Below are positions 18,648 to 28,161 of a stretch of DNA of 64,000 nucleotides, piece by piece (position 1 is the stretch's first letter; every line of letters starts with the position of its first letter). Source of the stretch: Longimicrobiales bacterium (GTDB lineage: Bacteria > Gemmatimonadota > Gemmatimonadetes > Longimicrobiales > Gaopeijiaceae); NCBI GenBank assembly GCA_965116905.1, contig OZ220732.1, positions 1,184,001 to 1,248,000 on the forward strand, read 5' to 3'. The translations under genes and the position numbers were made by a program. The notes beneath the pieces are model-generated. The model ran no database searches and was not told the DNA's origin. It was given only the letters and a program-made list of their open reading frames with translations.

Positions 18648-20144
18648 ATGCGTTGGAATGTCAAGCGTAGTTTACACTATGTAATCTTTAGTTTACTTCT
18701 TCTGGCGCCGCAGCCCGCCCCGGCCCTTCAATTGGCTGCGCAGACGAGTGCCGCGGAGACGAGCCAGGCCATCGACGGGGTGTTCGCGGAGTACGACCGT
18801 ACAAGCGGCCCCGGCTGCGCGGTGGGCGTGGCCGAGGCCGGGCGGCTGATCTTCGCCCGCGGGTACGGAATCGGGCAGATGGACCACCGGATCCCGCTCA
18901 GCGGGGAGTCGGTCTTCTACCTCGCGTCGGTGTCCAAGCAGTTCGCGGCCGCCGCGATCCTCATCGCCGAGCACGAAGGCGACCTGTCGCTGGACGATCC
19001 GGTCAGCGCCCACATCCCCGAGTTTCCCGCCTATGCGCAGGGCGCCGTCACGATCCGCCATCTGGTCCATCACACCGGCGGCGTGCGCGACTACCTCACC
19101 CTGATGAGGCTGGCGGGCACGCCGTACGAGAACATCCTGACCGACGAGGACATGCTGGGGCTGATCACGCGCCAGCGAGAGCTCAACTTCGTGCCGGGCA
19201 CCGAGCACCTGTACAGCAACTCCGGTTACGTGCTCCTGGCCGAGATCGTAAGGCGTGCGACCGGACGGTCTCTGCGGGAGTACGCGGACGAGAAGATGTT
19301 TCGCCCGCTCGGCATGTCCAACACGCACTTCCACGACGACCGCTTCCAGGTCGTGCCCGGCCGGGTATTCAGCTACGACCCGCCCGCGGACGGGGACCCC
19401 CGCCCCGGCACGCAAGGCGGCTGGCGCACCAGCTACCTGATCGACTTCGACAAGGTCGGAGACGGGGGACTGTACTCGTCGGTGGAAGATCTGGCGAAGT
19501 GGGACCGCGCCTTCTACGAGGACGTGCTGGGCGTGCCCGGGTTCGCCGAGCGCATGTACCGCCGCGGCGTCCTGGCCGGAGGCGACACGATCGCATATGC
19601 CCGCGGACTCAGCGTCGGCGAGCGGCGGGGCCTTGCGCGCGTCTCGCACGGCGGCGGCTTCATGGCCTTCCGCACGATGATCGCCAGGTATCCGGAACAG
19701 CGCACGACGGTGATCACCCTCTGCAACGTCGGCACCGCGCAACCGGGGGCTCTCAGCGCCGCCGTGGAAGACATCGTCCTGGCCGACGCGTTCACGGAGG
19801 CACCGGAAGAACGCGTGGCGCCGGCCGCCCCTGCGGGCGGGCCTGGCGCGGCCGCCGCACCGTCCTTCGCCGTTTCCGAAACCGCGGTCGAGGCGCTCGC
19901 CGGCACGTACCATTCGCCGGAACTGGACGCCACCTGGCGACTCGAGGCCGACGGCACCCGGCTCCTGCTCCATCACCCGCGCGGCGACACGGAAACGCTC
20001 ACGGCCCGGCGCGAAGGCGTGTTCGGCTCCGGCGGCATCGAGTTCGCGTTCGAGCGCGAGCGCGAGGGCGGACGGGGCGTGGCCTTCCTCCTCGCGGCGG
20101 GCAGGGTGCGCAACCTGCGCTTCGAACGCACAGACCGTCCGTAG
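18648..20144 (+). CDS. Serine hydrolase, S12/beta-lactamase-like, exported
   Basis: ASVSKQF, YSNSGY, GDGGL, HGGG; signal peptide. Confidence 0.85.
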   Translation: MRWNVKRSLHYVIFSLLLLAPQPAPALQLAAQTSAAETSQAIDGVFAEYDRTSGPGCAVGVAEAGRLIFARGYGIGQMDHRIPLSGESVFYLASVSKQFAAAAILIAEHEGDLSLDDPVSAHIPEFPAYAQGAVTIRHLVHHTGGVRDYLTLMRLAGTPYENILTDEDMLGLITRQRELNFVPGTEHLYSNSGYVLLAEIVRRATGRSLREYADEKMFRPLGMSNTHFHDDRFQVVPGRVFSYDPPADGDPRPGTQGGWRTSYLIDFDKVGDGGLYSSVEDLAKWDRAFYEDVLGVPGFAERMYRRGVLAGGDTIAYARGLSVGERRGLARVSHGGGFMAFRTMIARYPEQRTTVITLCNVGTAQPGALSAAVEDIVLADAFTEAPEERVAPAAPAGGPGAAAAPSFAVSETAVEALAGTYHSPELDATWRLEADGTRLLLHHPRGDTETLTARREGVFGSGGIEFAFEREREGGRGVAFLLAAGRVRNLRFERTDRP

Positions 20145-20210
20145 CGGCGGCGGCCCCTCCCGCAGCGCCGCTCGAATGCCGTGGGGGTTTTGTCCGCAGC
20201 CCCCAGACCC

Positions 20211-20238
20211 TTGACCGCATCGGACGGGATTCTAGTTT
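20211..20238 (+). promoter_or_regulatory. Putative sigma70 promoter of the ABC cassette
   Basis: TTGACC-16 nt-TAGTTT, about 50 bp before the ATG at 20291. Confidence 0.4.
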
Positions 20239-20290
20239 GTTGTGCGGCACGCGGTCGCGCCAAATGTTTCTGGCTACCTGACGGAGCCCG

Positions 20291-21343
20291 ATGGTCCACC
20301 TGAGCGACGTCACCAAATACTACGGCAAGAAGCGGGCGCTGGGCCCCGTTTCGTTCGAGATCGAGCGGGGCGACACGGTCGGCTTCCTCGGGCTCAACGG
20401 CGTCGGCAAGACCACGCTGCTCAAGATCCTCGCCTGCGGGCTCCGGCCGTCCTCCGGGACGGTCACGATCGACGGCCTGGACATCCTCGAAAAGCCCCAC
20501 GACGTGCGGAAGCGCGTGGGATACCTTCCCGAGCTTCCTCCCGTGTACGGCGACATGACCGTGGGGGACTACCTGCACTTCGCGGGCCGGATTCGCGGCC
20601 TGGGGCCCGAAGCCGTCGCCCGGCGCGTCCCCGAGGTCGAGGAGTACGCGCGCATCACCGAGGTGCACGACATGCCGACCCGAAACCTCTCGCAGGGCTA
20701 TCGGCAGCGGGTCGGCGTCGCGCAAGCGATCATCCACGACCCGGACCTCCTCATCCTGGACGAGCCCACGCACGATCTCGACCCGGTCCAGATCATGGAG
20801 ATGCGGGGCATGATCCGCGCCCTGAAGGACTCCCACACGATCCTCATTTCCAGCCACATCCTCCCCGAGATCAGCCAGACGTGCGACCGCCTCCTGATCC
20901 TCAACGACGGCGAGATCGTGGCGTCGGGGACCGAGGCCGAGCTGGGGGACACGCTGCTTCGGTCCCGAGGCATGGTCGTGACGGTGCGGCCGGCCGGGAC
21001 CGCGGGCACCGACGCGAGCGCCGGGGCGGACGGGAGTGCGGGAGCGGACGGGGTTGCGGGCGGAGACGCCGACGCCGACGCGGCCGCACATGCCGCGGTC
21101 GAGGCGCTGGAGCGCCTGATCCTTTCGGTGCCGGGCGTGACCGGGGTGGGCCTCCCGGACCGGCCGGAGCGCGCGATCACCGCCGCCGGCGCCCTCGCCA
21201 TCCGCGTCAGCGGCGAAGCCGATGTGCGCGCATCCGTGTGCCGTGCCCTGGTCGAGGCGGGACATGACGTGATCGGGCTCACCCGGGCCGAACGCGAACT
21301 CGAGCGCGTCTTCGTCGAGCTCGTGGGCCGGGCGGAGGCATGA
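20291..21343 (+). CDS. ABC transporter ATP-binding protein (GldA-like)
   Basis: Walker A GLNGVGKT, LSQG signature, LILDEPT, SSH switch. Confidence 0.92.
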   Translation: MVHLSDVTKYYGKKRALGPVSFEIERGDTVGFLGLNGVGKTTLLKILACGLRPSSGTVTIDGLDILEKPHDVRKRVGYLPELPPVYGDMTVGDYLHFAGRIRGLGPEAVARRVPEVEEYARITEVHDMPTRNLSQGYRQRVGVAQAIIHDPDLLILDEPTHDLDPVQIMEMRGMIRALKDSHTILISSHILPEISQTCDRLLILNDGEIVASGTEAELGDTLLRSRGMVVTVRPAGTAGTDASAGADGSAGADGVAGGDADADAAAHAAVEALERLILSVPGVTGVGLPDRPERAITAAGALAIRVSGEADVRASVCRALVEAGHDVIGLTRAERELERVFVELVGRAEA

Positions 21344-22077
21344 GCATGGGCGCCACCGGCATCATCTTCCGGCGAGAGTTCGGCGCCTACGTGCGCTCGC
21401 CGATGGGGTACATCGTGGCGGCGGTCGTGCTTCTCCTCGACGGCATCCTCTTCTACGCCCTCGCCCTCGGCCCCAGAGCCGGCGAAAGCCTCTCGGGCGA
21501 GGTCCTGATGGGGTTCTTCTACTACGCCAGCGGCCTGACCGCGATCGCGGCGGTAGCCCTCTCGATCCGCCTCATCGCCGAGGAGCGGGCGGCCGGCACG
21601 CAGCTCCTGCTGAACACGTCTCCCGTGCGCGACTGGGAGATCGTGCTGGGCAAGTTCCTCTCCGCGCTGGCGTTCCTGTCCGCCATCACGGTGGCGACGC
21701 TGTACATGCCGCTCATGATCCTGGTGAACGGGAAGATCGCCTTCGGCCATATCGTGGTCGGCTACCTGGGTCTCACGTTCCTCGGCGCGGCGGTCCTCTC
21801 GATCGGGCTGTTCTCCACCGCCCTGACGCGGCACCAGCTGGTCGCGGCGGCTTCGGCGTCGGTGATCACCGGTACGCTCTTCCTGCTGTGGCCGCTTTCG
21901 CAGATCGTCGGTCCGCCCCTGTCGCGGGTCTTCGCGGCGCTGGCGATCCACGGCCGCCATTGGGCGGGCTTCCAGCAGGGGCTCTTCCACCTCCGCGACG
22001 TCGTCTACTATGCGGCGCTCACCTACTTCTTCCTGTACGCGGCCACGAAGGTGATGGAGGCGAAGCGATGGGAATGA
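21340..22077 (+). CDS. ABC-2 permease (GldF-like)
   Basis: AEER..GT.LL.TSPV...IVLGKF; 6 TM; ATGA overlap. Confidence 0.9.
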   Translation: MSMGATGIIFRREFGAYVRSPMGYIVAAVVLLLDGILFYALALGPRAGESLSGEVLMGFFYYASGLTAIAAVALSIRLIAEERAAGTQLLLNTSPVRDWEIVLGKFLSALAFLSAITVATLYMPLMILVNGKIAFGHIVVGYLGLTFLGAAVLSIGLFSTALTRHQLVAAASASVITGTLFLLWPLSQIVGPPLSRVFAALAIHGRHWAGFQQGLFHLRDVVYYAALTYFFLYAATKVMEAKRWE

Positions 22078-22084
22078 GGACACG

Positions 22085-23983
22085 ATGAAGCGGTCGTCAC
22101 TCACCTGGCTCCAGCTCGCGGGGCTGGCCGCCGTCTTCGCGGGCGCCCGGGTTTTCGACGGAGTCGTGTGGCTGCGGCTGCCCCTTATCCTGGCCGGCGG
22201 TCTGGCCGTGGTGCTCGTCGCGGCGCTTCGCTTTACCGCGTGGCGGGGTGCCGAGGGGGAGCGACGCGCGATCGACGCCGTCTTCGCGTTCGGGGCCATC
22301 GGCTGCGTGATTGCGCTGCTGGGTTTCGTCCCGGGTTCGGACGACGGCCTGGAGTTCCTGGGGCTGGACTTCGAAGGCATCCGCGAGCAGCTGCGCTTCA
22401 AGCGGTTCTTCCAGCTGGCGTCGCCGATCGTGCTCGCATGCTCGCTGCTGCCCGTGCTCGGGGCGGAGTGGGCGCTGGCGAAGGGGGGGTCCGCGGGCGC
22501 GCTTCGGGTGGACGCCAGGCGCGTGAGGGAAACCGCCGGGAACGCCCTGAGCCTCGCACTCGGGGGCGCGGCTCTCGTGCTGATCGGGTACGTCACCTCG
22601 GCCCTCAACAGGACCGCCGACTTCTCCTACTTCAAAACCTCGAGCCCGGGAGAATCGGTCCAGGAGATCGTCCGGAACATGGACGGGACGCTGGAAGCCG
22701 CGGTCTTCTTCCCCGAGGTGAACGCGGTCAAGGACGAGGTGCTCAACTACCTGCGCGAGCTGGCGCGGGCGACCGGCAACGTCGTCGTCGAGGAATACGA
22801 CCGCTACGCCGATCCCGAGGCGGCGGCGGCCTACGAGGTGCGCGGCGACGGCGTGGTCGTGCTGCGGGTGAACGGGAGGTCCGAACGGATCGCCTTCCAG
22901 CTGCTGCTGAGCGAGGCCCGCGGACAGCTGCGGATCCTGGACAGCCATGTGCAGCAGGTGCTCCTGCAGCTGACGCGCGAGCGGCGCTTCGCGTACCTGA
23001 CGACCGGCCACGGGGAATTGAACGATCCGCTGGCGAGCGAGGAGGAGCCGGAGCGGCCGGACATGACCGAACCCTGGCGCCCCGGACAGGAGTCGCGGTT
23101 CGAGCAGGGTCCGCCGCTGCGAGCGCTGAGGGAGCTGCTCGAGTTCCTCAACTACGAGGTCCGGGACATCGGCGTGCGGAGGGGGCTGGGCGACCGCATC
23201 CCCGACGACGCGGCGATGGTCATGATCATCGGCCCGCAGCGCGCGTTCCTCGAAGCCGAGCGGAACGCGATCCGCGAGTACCTGGACCGGGGCGGGTCGC
23301 TGCTGGTGGCGCTGGAGCCGGGCTCCGACTTCCGCCTGGAGGAGTTTCGCGACCAGCTGGGTGTCGACCACGATCCCGCCATGACGATCAACGACGACCG
23401 CCACCTGCGCCTCACGGGGGCGGTCAGCGAACGGCGCAACATCATTACGAACCGCTTCTCGGCCCACGCATCGGTCACCACAGCCAGTCGACAGGGCGTC
23501 ACCCAGGGGATCGCGCTGTTCGGACCCGGCCGCGTCACGGTGGCCGAGGACGTGGAGGGGCTGCGCACCAGCCTGATCATCAGCACCGATCCGTCAAGCT
23601 ACCAGGACAGGAACGGCAACTTCCGCTTCGACGAGGAGACGGAGGTGAAGGAGAGCTTCGGCGTGGCGGCGGCGGTCGAGCGGATGGCGGAGGACGCCCC
23701 CGACATGCGCGCCCTGGTCTACGGGGACGCGGAGATCTTCTCGGACGAAGTTCTGGTTGCATTGCAGTTCAACGCCTTCCTGGTCGCGGACGGCATCCGC
23801 TGGCTGGGGCGCGAGGAGCTGTTTTCGGGCGAGGTCGTGTCGGAGGAAGACGTGCCGATCCTCCATACGCGCTCCGAGAACGTCGTCTGGTTCTACGCGA
23901 TCATCTTCGCCGCGCCTGCGCTGGTGCTGGGCCTTGGGCTGACCGCCCTCTACGGCCGCCGGTCGAAGCGAGTCGGGGAATGA
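22085..23983 (+). CDS. GldG-like ABC auxiliary protein with extra N-terminal TM helices
   Basis: YLTTGHGE, IIGP, YLDRGGSLLVALEP, LVYGD.EIF, C-terminal TM. Confidence 0.8.
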   Translation: MKRSSLTWLQLAGLAAVFAGARVFDGVVWLRLPLILAGGLAVVLVAALRFTAWRGAEGERRAIDAVFAFGAIGCVIALLGFVPGSDDGLEFLGLDFEGIREQLRFKRFFQLASPIVLACSLLPVLGAEWALAKGGSAGALRVDARRVRETAGNALSLALGGAALVLIGYVTSALNRTADFSYFKTSSPGESVQEIVRNMDGTLEAAVFFPEVNAVKDEVLNYLRELARATGNVVVEEYDRYADPEAAAAYEVRGDGVVVLRVNGRSERIAFQLLLSEARGQLRILDSHVQQVLLQLTRERRFAYLTTGHGELNDPLASEEEPERPDMTEPWRPGQESRFEQGPPLRALRELLEFLNYEVRDIGVRRGLGDRIPDDAAMVMIIGPQRAFLEAERNAIREYLDRGGSLLVALEPGSDFRLEEFRDQLGVDHDPAMTINDDRHLRLTGAVSERRNIITNRFSAHASVTTASRQGVTQGIALFGPGRVTVAEDVEGLRTSLIISTDPSSYQDRNGNFRFDEETEVKESFGVAAAVERMAEDAPDMRALVYGDAEIFSDEVLVALQFNAFLVADGIRWLGREELFSGEVVSEEDVPILHTRSENVVWFYAIIFAAPALVLGLGLTALYGRRSKRVGE

Positions 23984-24026
23984 AGGGGGATACCCGGAGA
24001 TGAAGGGGGATACCCGGAGATGAAGG
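23980..24026 (+). repeat. 20-bp direct repeat ATGAAGGGGGATACCCGGAG, 2 copies plus ATGAAGG
   Basis: Read directly; each unit is an ATGA-coupled MKGDTRR mini-ORF. Confidence 0.95.
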
Positions 24027-24961
24027 AGTTGAGGATCCACGCCGGCCTCTTCGTCGTCGCGGCGGTCGCGGCGTTTCTGACCTGGAACCGCGATACGGTG
24101 AACGAGGCCGACCGGGGCCTGACTCTGGCGTGGGACCGCGACACCCTGGATGTCGCGTCCGTGCACTACCTGTCACCCGTGGCGGACCTGCTGATCGAGC
24201 GGAGAACGGACGCCGACGGCGATTACCTCTGGGCTGTCGAGTCGGGCGAGCGGCATCCGAACGCGCTGGAGTACCCCGTGGGAGCTCCGGGGCATACGCT
24301 CGTCGGACGCCTCGCCGGCCTCAGGGTGATCCGCGACCTGGGTGAACTCTCGCCGGAACAGGTGGCGCGCTACGGTCTGGCGGACGCGGAGGAGCGGATT
24401 ACCGTGCGCTTTGGCGACGAATTGAGAGAACTCGTCGTGGGCGACTCGGTTTTCGGCGGCGCCGACCGGTACGCGACCGAAGCCGCCACCGGAGTCGGCT
24501 ACGTGATTCCGGCGGACATCGTGAATCCGCTTCGCATCGGCGAGGGAGCGATCCGCGAACGCTGGCTGCATCACTTCCAGGACGCGGAGATCGCCACGGT
24601 ACGGGTTGTGGCGGGCACCGGCGGCGAACCCCGGACGATGGCCCGCGGCGAGGCGGGCGAATGGACCGGGCCAGACAGCGCCGAGCCCGACGCGGGCTTT
24701 GCCAACCTGATGGACCGGGTGGGACAGCTGGCGATCGCCGGATACGGCGTGGATCCATCCTCGCTCGGCAACCTGATGCCCCTGCTGAGGGTGGACTACG
24801 TGGACGCCGAGGGATCCCCCCTGGGCTTCATGGAACTGTTCCGCGACGCCGGCGCCGAGCGGGACCCCTACTACATACGCAGCGAGCGGACGCGGGTCGT
24901 GGCCCGGGCGGTGACGACCCTCGCCGAGCGCGTCGAGCAGGGCCTGGGCGAGGCGTTTTGA
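24020..24961 (+). CDS. DUF4340-like protein
   Basis: N-terminal TM; YGL, LVVGD, 'RY' pattern; usual position after GldG-like genes. Confidence 0.7.
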   Translation: MKELRIHAGLFVVAAVAAFLTWNRDTVNEADRGLTLAWDRDTLDVASVHYLSPVADLLIERRTDADGDYLWAVESGERHPNALEYPVGAPGHTLVGRLAGLRVIRDLGELSPEQVARYGLADAEERITVRFGDELRELVVGDSVFGGADRYATEAATGVGYVIPADIVNPLRIGEGAIRERWLHHFQDAEIATVRVVAGTGGEPRTMARGEAGEWTGPDSAEPDAGFANLMDRVGQLAIAGYGVDPSSLGNLMPLLRVDYVDAEGSPLGFMELFRDAGAERDPYYIRSERTRVVARAVTTLAERVEQGLGEAF

Positions 24962-25016
24962 GGGCGCACGACGCCGTGGCCGGGGCGCGGAGCGGACGCG
25001 CGGGCGCACGCGTTAC

Positions 25017-25046
25017 TTGCGGTTTGGCACTTGTACCCCCTAGTAT
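25017..25046 (+). promoter_or_regulatory. Putative sigma70 promoter of the susC-susD locus
   Basis: TTGCGG-18 nt-TAGTAT. Confidence 0.35.
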
Positions 25047-25160
25047 GGCAGGTGCACCTGGATGTTCCGGCAAGCGGTATCCAGGGCAACTCGACGGGTC
25101 GCGGCACGCCGCCGCCTGGCGCGTCGACAAAGTCCCCCACCTCCAAAAAGGAGAGGCGAC

Positions 25161-28148
25161 ATGAATTTCCGTTACCACCCAACCCAGGGAGCGAGACCAC
25201 TCTCTCTCCTGGCCGTGGTGGCCGCCATGGCGTTCCTTCTGCCGGCCCAGGCGGTCGCGCAGGACGGTTCCGTCACCGGTCAGGTCACCGCGGCGACCAC
25301 GGGGCAGCCGATCAACGGCGCCCAGGTCACGATCATGGATACGTCGCTTGGCGTGCTGAGCAACGTCAGCGGCCGTTTCCTGATCAACAACGTACCCGTC
25401 GGCACGCACACGGTGCAGGTGGTGTACGTCGGCTACGGCACGCAAACCCAGGAGGTGGTCGTACCGCCCGGCGGAGCCGCCACCGCGGACTTCGCACTGG
25501 GCGTATCGGCCGTGGCGATGGACGAGCTGATCGTCACCGGAACCGCTGGCGCCGTGGAGCGGCGCAAGCTGGGAACTTCGGCGGCTTCGCTGAATGTGTC
25601 GGACGTTGCAGAGGTGACGCCGCTGGCCGACTTCAGCCAGACGCTCGAAGGCCGGATCCCCGGCGTGCGTTCCATCGGCACGGTCGGCGGCGTGGGTGCC
25701 GGCCGTGAGCTGAGGATCCGCGGCACCGACTCGTTCAGCCTCAGCCAGCGGCCCGTTATCTACATTGACGGTATCCGCGTCGACTCCCAGCAGCGCGAGT
25801 GGGGCAGCGGAGTACCCGGCACTTGGTTTGGCACGACCTGTTGCGCCTTCAGCGGCGGCGCGGGCGAGGATCGTCTTTCCGACCTGAACCCCGACGAGAT
25901 TGACCGCGTCGAGGTCCTCAAGGGACCGGCCGCTTCCACGCTCTACGGTTCGGAAGCGTCGGGCGGCGTGATTCAGATCTTCACCAAGCGGGGCCGGAGC
26001 AACAGTGCCGCGAACTTCGCCCTTACGGCCAACGCCGGTTTCAACCGGCATCGGGAGAACTTTCCCACCTCGCTGCGGAGCAATTTCCGGGGGAAAGACG
26101 GAACCATCGCCTGGGACCCTAACCAGACCCTTATTGAGAACGGGCTGATCAACTCCTACGACCTGACGGTCGACGGCGGCGGCGAAGCGGTCACCTACTT
26201 CGTCTCCGGGGGCTTCTCCTTCGAAGAGGGCTCCATCAAGCCCAACGACCAGAAGCGGGCCAACCTCCGGGTCAACCTGAATTGGACGGCCGGCGAGAAC
26301 CTCACGATCGCCGTGAACTCCGGGTACGTCAGGAACCGGATCTATTCGCTCCAGTCCGGCAACAACTGGCTCGGGATCTATACGAACGCGCTTCTCACCA
26401 ACCCCCTGAACGCCACTGCCGAAGAGCCCTACGGCGGCGGCCTCGACGTGAACGTGGCGGACGCTCAGGCCATCGACACCTACTCGGATACGGACCGGTG
26501 GACGGGTGGGGTCACGCTGAACTACAACCCGAGTCCGGACTTCACCCACAGGGCCACCATCGGTCTTGACGCGGTAAGCGACCAGAAGACACGCTACATG
26601 CCCTTCGGCCGCAACTACACCTACATCGGCAGACAGGGCGAGCGGAACATCGGATACCGCAATTCCCGGCAGTTCACCGCCGAGTACGTTGGGAACCTGA
26701 ACTACTCCCTGCCGGACTGGGCGGGTGGTCTGGCCGGTAACCTCGCCTTCGGCAGCCAGGGATACTGGGACATTACATCCTGGTCCATGGCGACGGGCCG
26801 GGGTTTCGCCGGCGAGGGTGTGACGACCGTGAGCGGCGCGGCCCTGACCCTGGGTGCCGAGGCGTTCGAAGAGGATGTCAACCTTGGGGTGTTCGTCCAG
26901 AATCGCTTCGACTTCGACAACCTGTTCGTCACCGCGGCCGTGCGCGCGGACGGAAACAGCGCTTTCGGCGAGAACTATGGCTTCCAGATTTATCCGAAGG
27001 CCGACGTGGCCTACAATCTGAGTGAAGGCATGCTTCCCGGCCTGATCAGCAGCGCCAAGGTGCGCGCCGCCGTCGGAATGGCCGGCAAGGCGCCCGGGGC
27101 GTTCGACCAGTTCCAGACCTATGTGCCCAACACGGTTCTGGCCGACCTGGCCGGTGTCCGGCCCAACAACCCCGGAAACGACGTGATCGAGCCCGAGGTC
27201 AAGATCGAGTATGAGGGTGGTCTTGAGCTGGGGCTGTGGAACGACCGGATCGGCGTGGATGCGACGTACTGGCACGCGCTCACGCAGAACGCCCTCCTGG
27301 GTATCCCGCTGCCGCCGAGCGAAGGCTTCTCATCCAGCAAGCGTCAGAATGCCGGAGAGATCCTGAACAGGGGCATTGAGGTGGCGATGAACACCACCAT
27401 CATGGACCGCAGCAGCTTCCGCTGGTCCACCGGCGTCAACTTCGAATGGATCCACAACGAGATCCTGGATCTTGGCGACGCGGCGTTCCCGGATTCCCTG
27501 CCGGTATACGGCGAGGACGGCTCCCTGGTTCGCTGGGACCAGTACATGCGGCTGGGCACCTATTGGGTCGGCCAGCCCATTTTCGACCAGTTGAGCCGAG
27601 TCATCACGGGGTGGGACCCCGCGACACGCAGACATTCGCGGTCGGCCTACAACACATATGTCGGCAACCTGCAGCCGAGCACGCTGGCGTCATTCAGCAA
27701 CGATTTCGCGATCGGCCAGTCCGTGCGCGTCGCCGTCCAGCTCCGGGGCGAGTGGGGCGCGGTCATGCGCAACTCCGACCGTGGGTACGGCGTCCGCCAG
27801 TTGGCCTACGACGAGTATCTCGAGCTGCTGAACTCCGACGGCTCCGCGACGCCTGCCAGCGATTCTCTCCTGGATCGCATGAGGCTCGTGTACCCGATCG
27901 ACAAGCGCGACAACATCCGGTTGCAGGAGGTGTCGGTCAACTATGCACTGCCCGCGGACCTGATGAGCGCCATCGGCCTGGGCCGTTCGTCCATCACCCT
28001 GTCGGGCTACAACCTCCACTGGTGGGACAACTGCAATTGTCCCGATCCGAACCAGCAGTATCGGGGTGGAGACGACTTCAGCACTTCGCCCTTCCTCGCG
28101 GTGCCACAACCGAGGAGGTTCCTGGTCTCCTTCAGGACCCGATTCTAG
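25161..28148 (+). CDS. SusC/RagA-type TonB-dependent outer-membrane receptor
   Basis: AGGAG RBS; N-terminal CarboxypepD-like domain, LIVTG, IRG, IYIDG, DLNPDEIDRVEVLKGPAASTLYGSEASGGVIQIFTKRG, RADGNSAFG, terminal F. Confidence 0.93.
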   Translation: MNFRYHPTQGARPLSLLAVVAAMAFLLPAQAVAQDGSVTGQVTAATTGQPINGAQVTIMDTSLGVLSNVSGRFLINNVPVGTHTVQVVYVGYGTQTQEVVVPPGGAATADFALGVSAVAMDELIVTGTAGAVERRKLGTSAASLNVSDVAEVTPLADFSQTLEGRIPGVRSIGTVGGVGAGRELRIRGTDSFSLSQRPVIYIDGIRVDSQQREWGSGVPGTWFGTTCCAFSGGAGEDRLSDLNPDEIDRVEVLKGPAASTLYGSEASGGVIQIFTKRGRSNSAANFALTANAGFNRHRENFPTSLRSNFRGKDGTIAWDPNQTLIENGLINSYDLTVDGGGEAVTYFVSGGFSFEEGSIKPNDQKRANLRVNLNWTAGENLTIAVNSGYVRNRIYSLQSGNNWLGIYTNALLTNPLNATAEEPYGGGLDVNVADAQAIDTYSDTDRWTGGVTLNYNPSPDFTHRATIGLDAVSDQKTRYMPFGRNYTYIGRQGERNIGYRNSRQFTAEYVGNLNYSLPDWAGGLAGNLAFGSQGYWDITSWSMATGRGFAGEGVTTVSGAALTLGAEAFEEDVNLGVFVQNRFDFDNLFVTAAVRADGNSAFGENYGFQIYPKADVAYNLSEGMLPGLISSAKVRAAVGMAGKAPGAFDQFQTYVPNTVLADLAGVRPNNPGNDVIEPEVKIEYEGGLELGLWNDRIGVDATYWHALTQNALLGIPLPPSEGFSSSKRQNAGEILNRGIEVAMNTTIMDRSSFRWSTGVNFEWIHNEILDLGDAAFPDSLPVYGEDGSLVRWDQYMRLGTYWVGQPIFDQLSRVITGWDPATRRHSRSAYNTYVGNLQPSTLASFSNDFAIGQSVRVAVQLRGEWGAVMRNSDRGYGVRQLAYDEYLELLNSDGSATPASDSLLDRMRLVYPIDKRDNIRLQEVSVNYALPADLMSAIGLGRSSITLSGYNLHWWDNCNCPDPNQQYRGGDDFSTSPFLAVPQPRRFLVSFRTRF

Positions 28149-28161
28149 GGGAGGACGACCA

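Noticed and set aside
785..20144. Beta-lactam resistance genes
   Set aside because: SxxK/YxN only define the broad S12 family; extra C-terminal domains point to general hydrolases.
20291..24961. Gliding motility locus
   Set aside because: GldAFG-like cassettes occur in non-gliders; no motor or T9SS genes are in the window.
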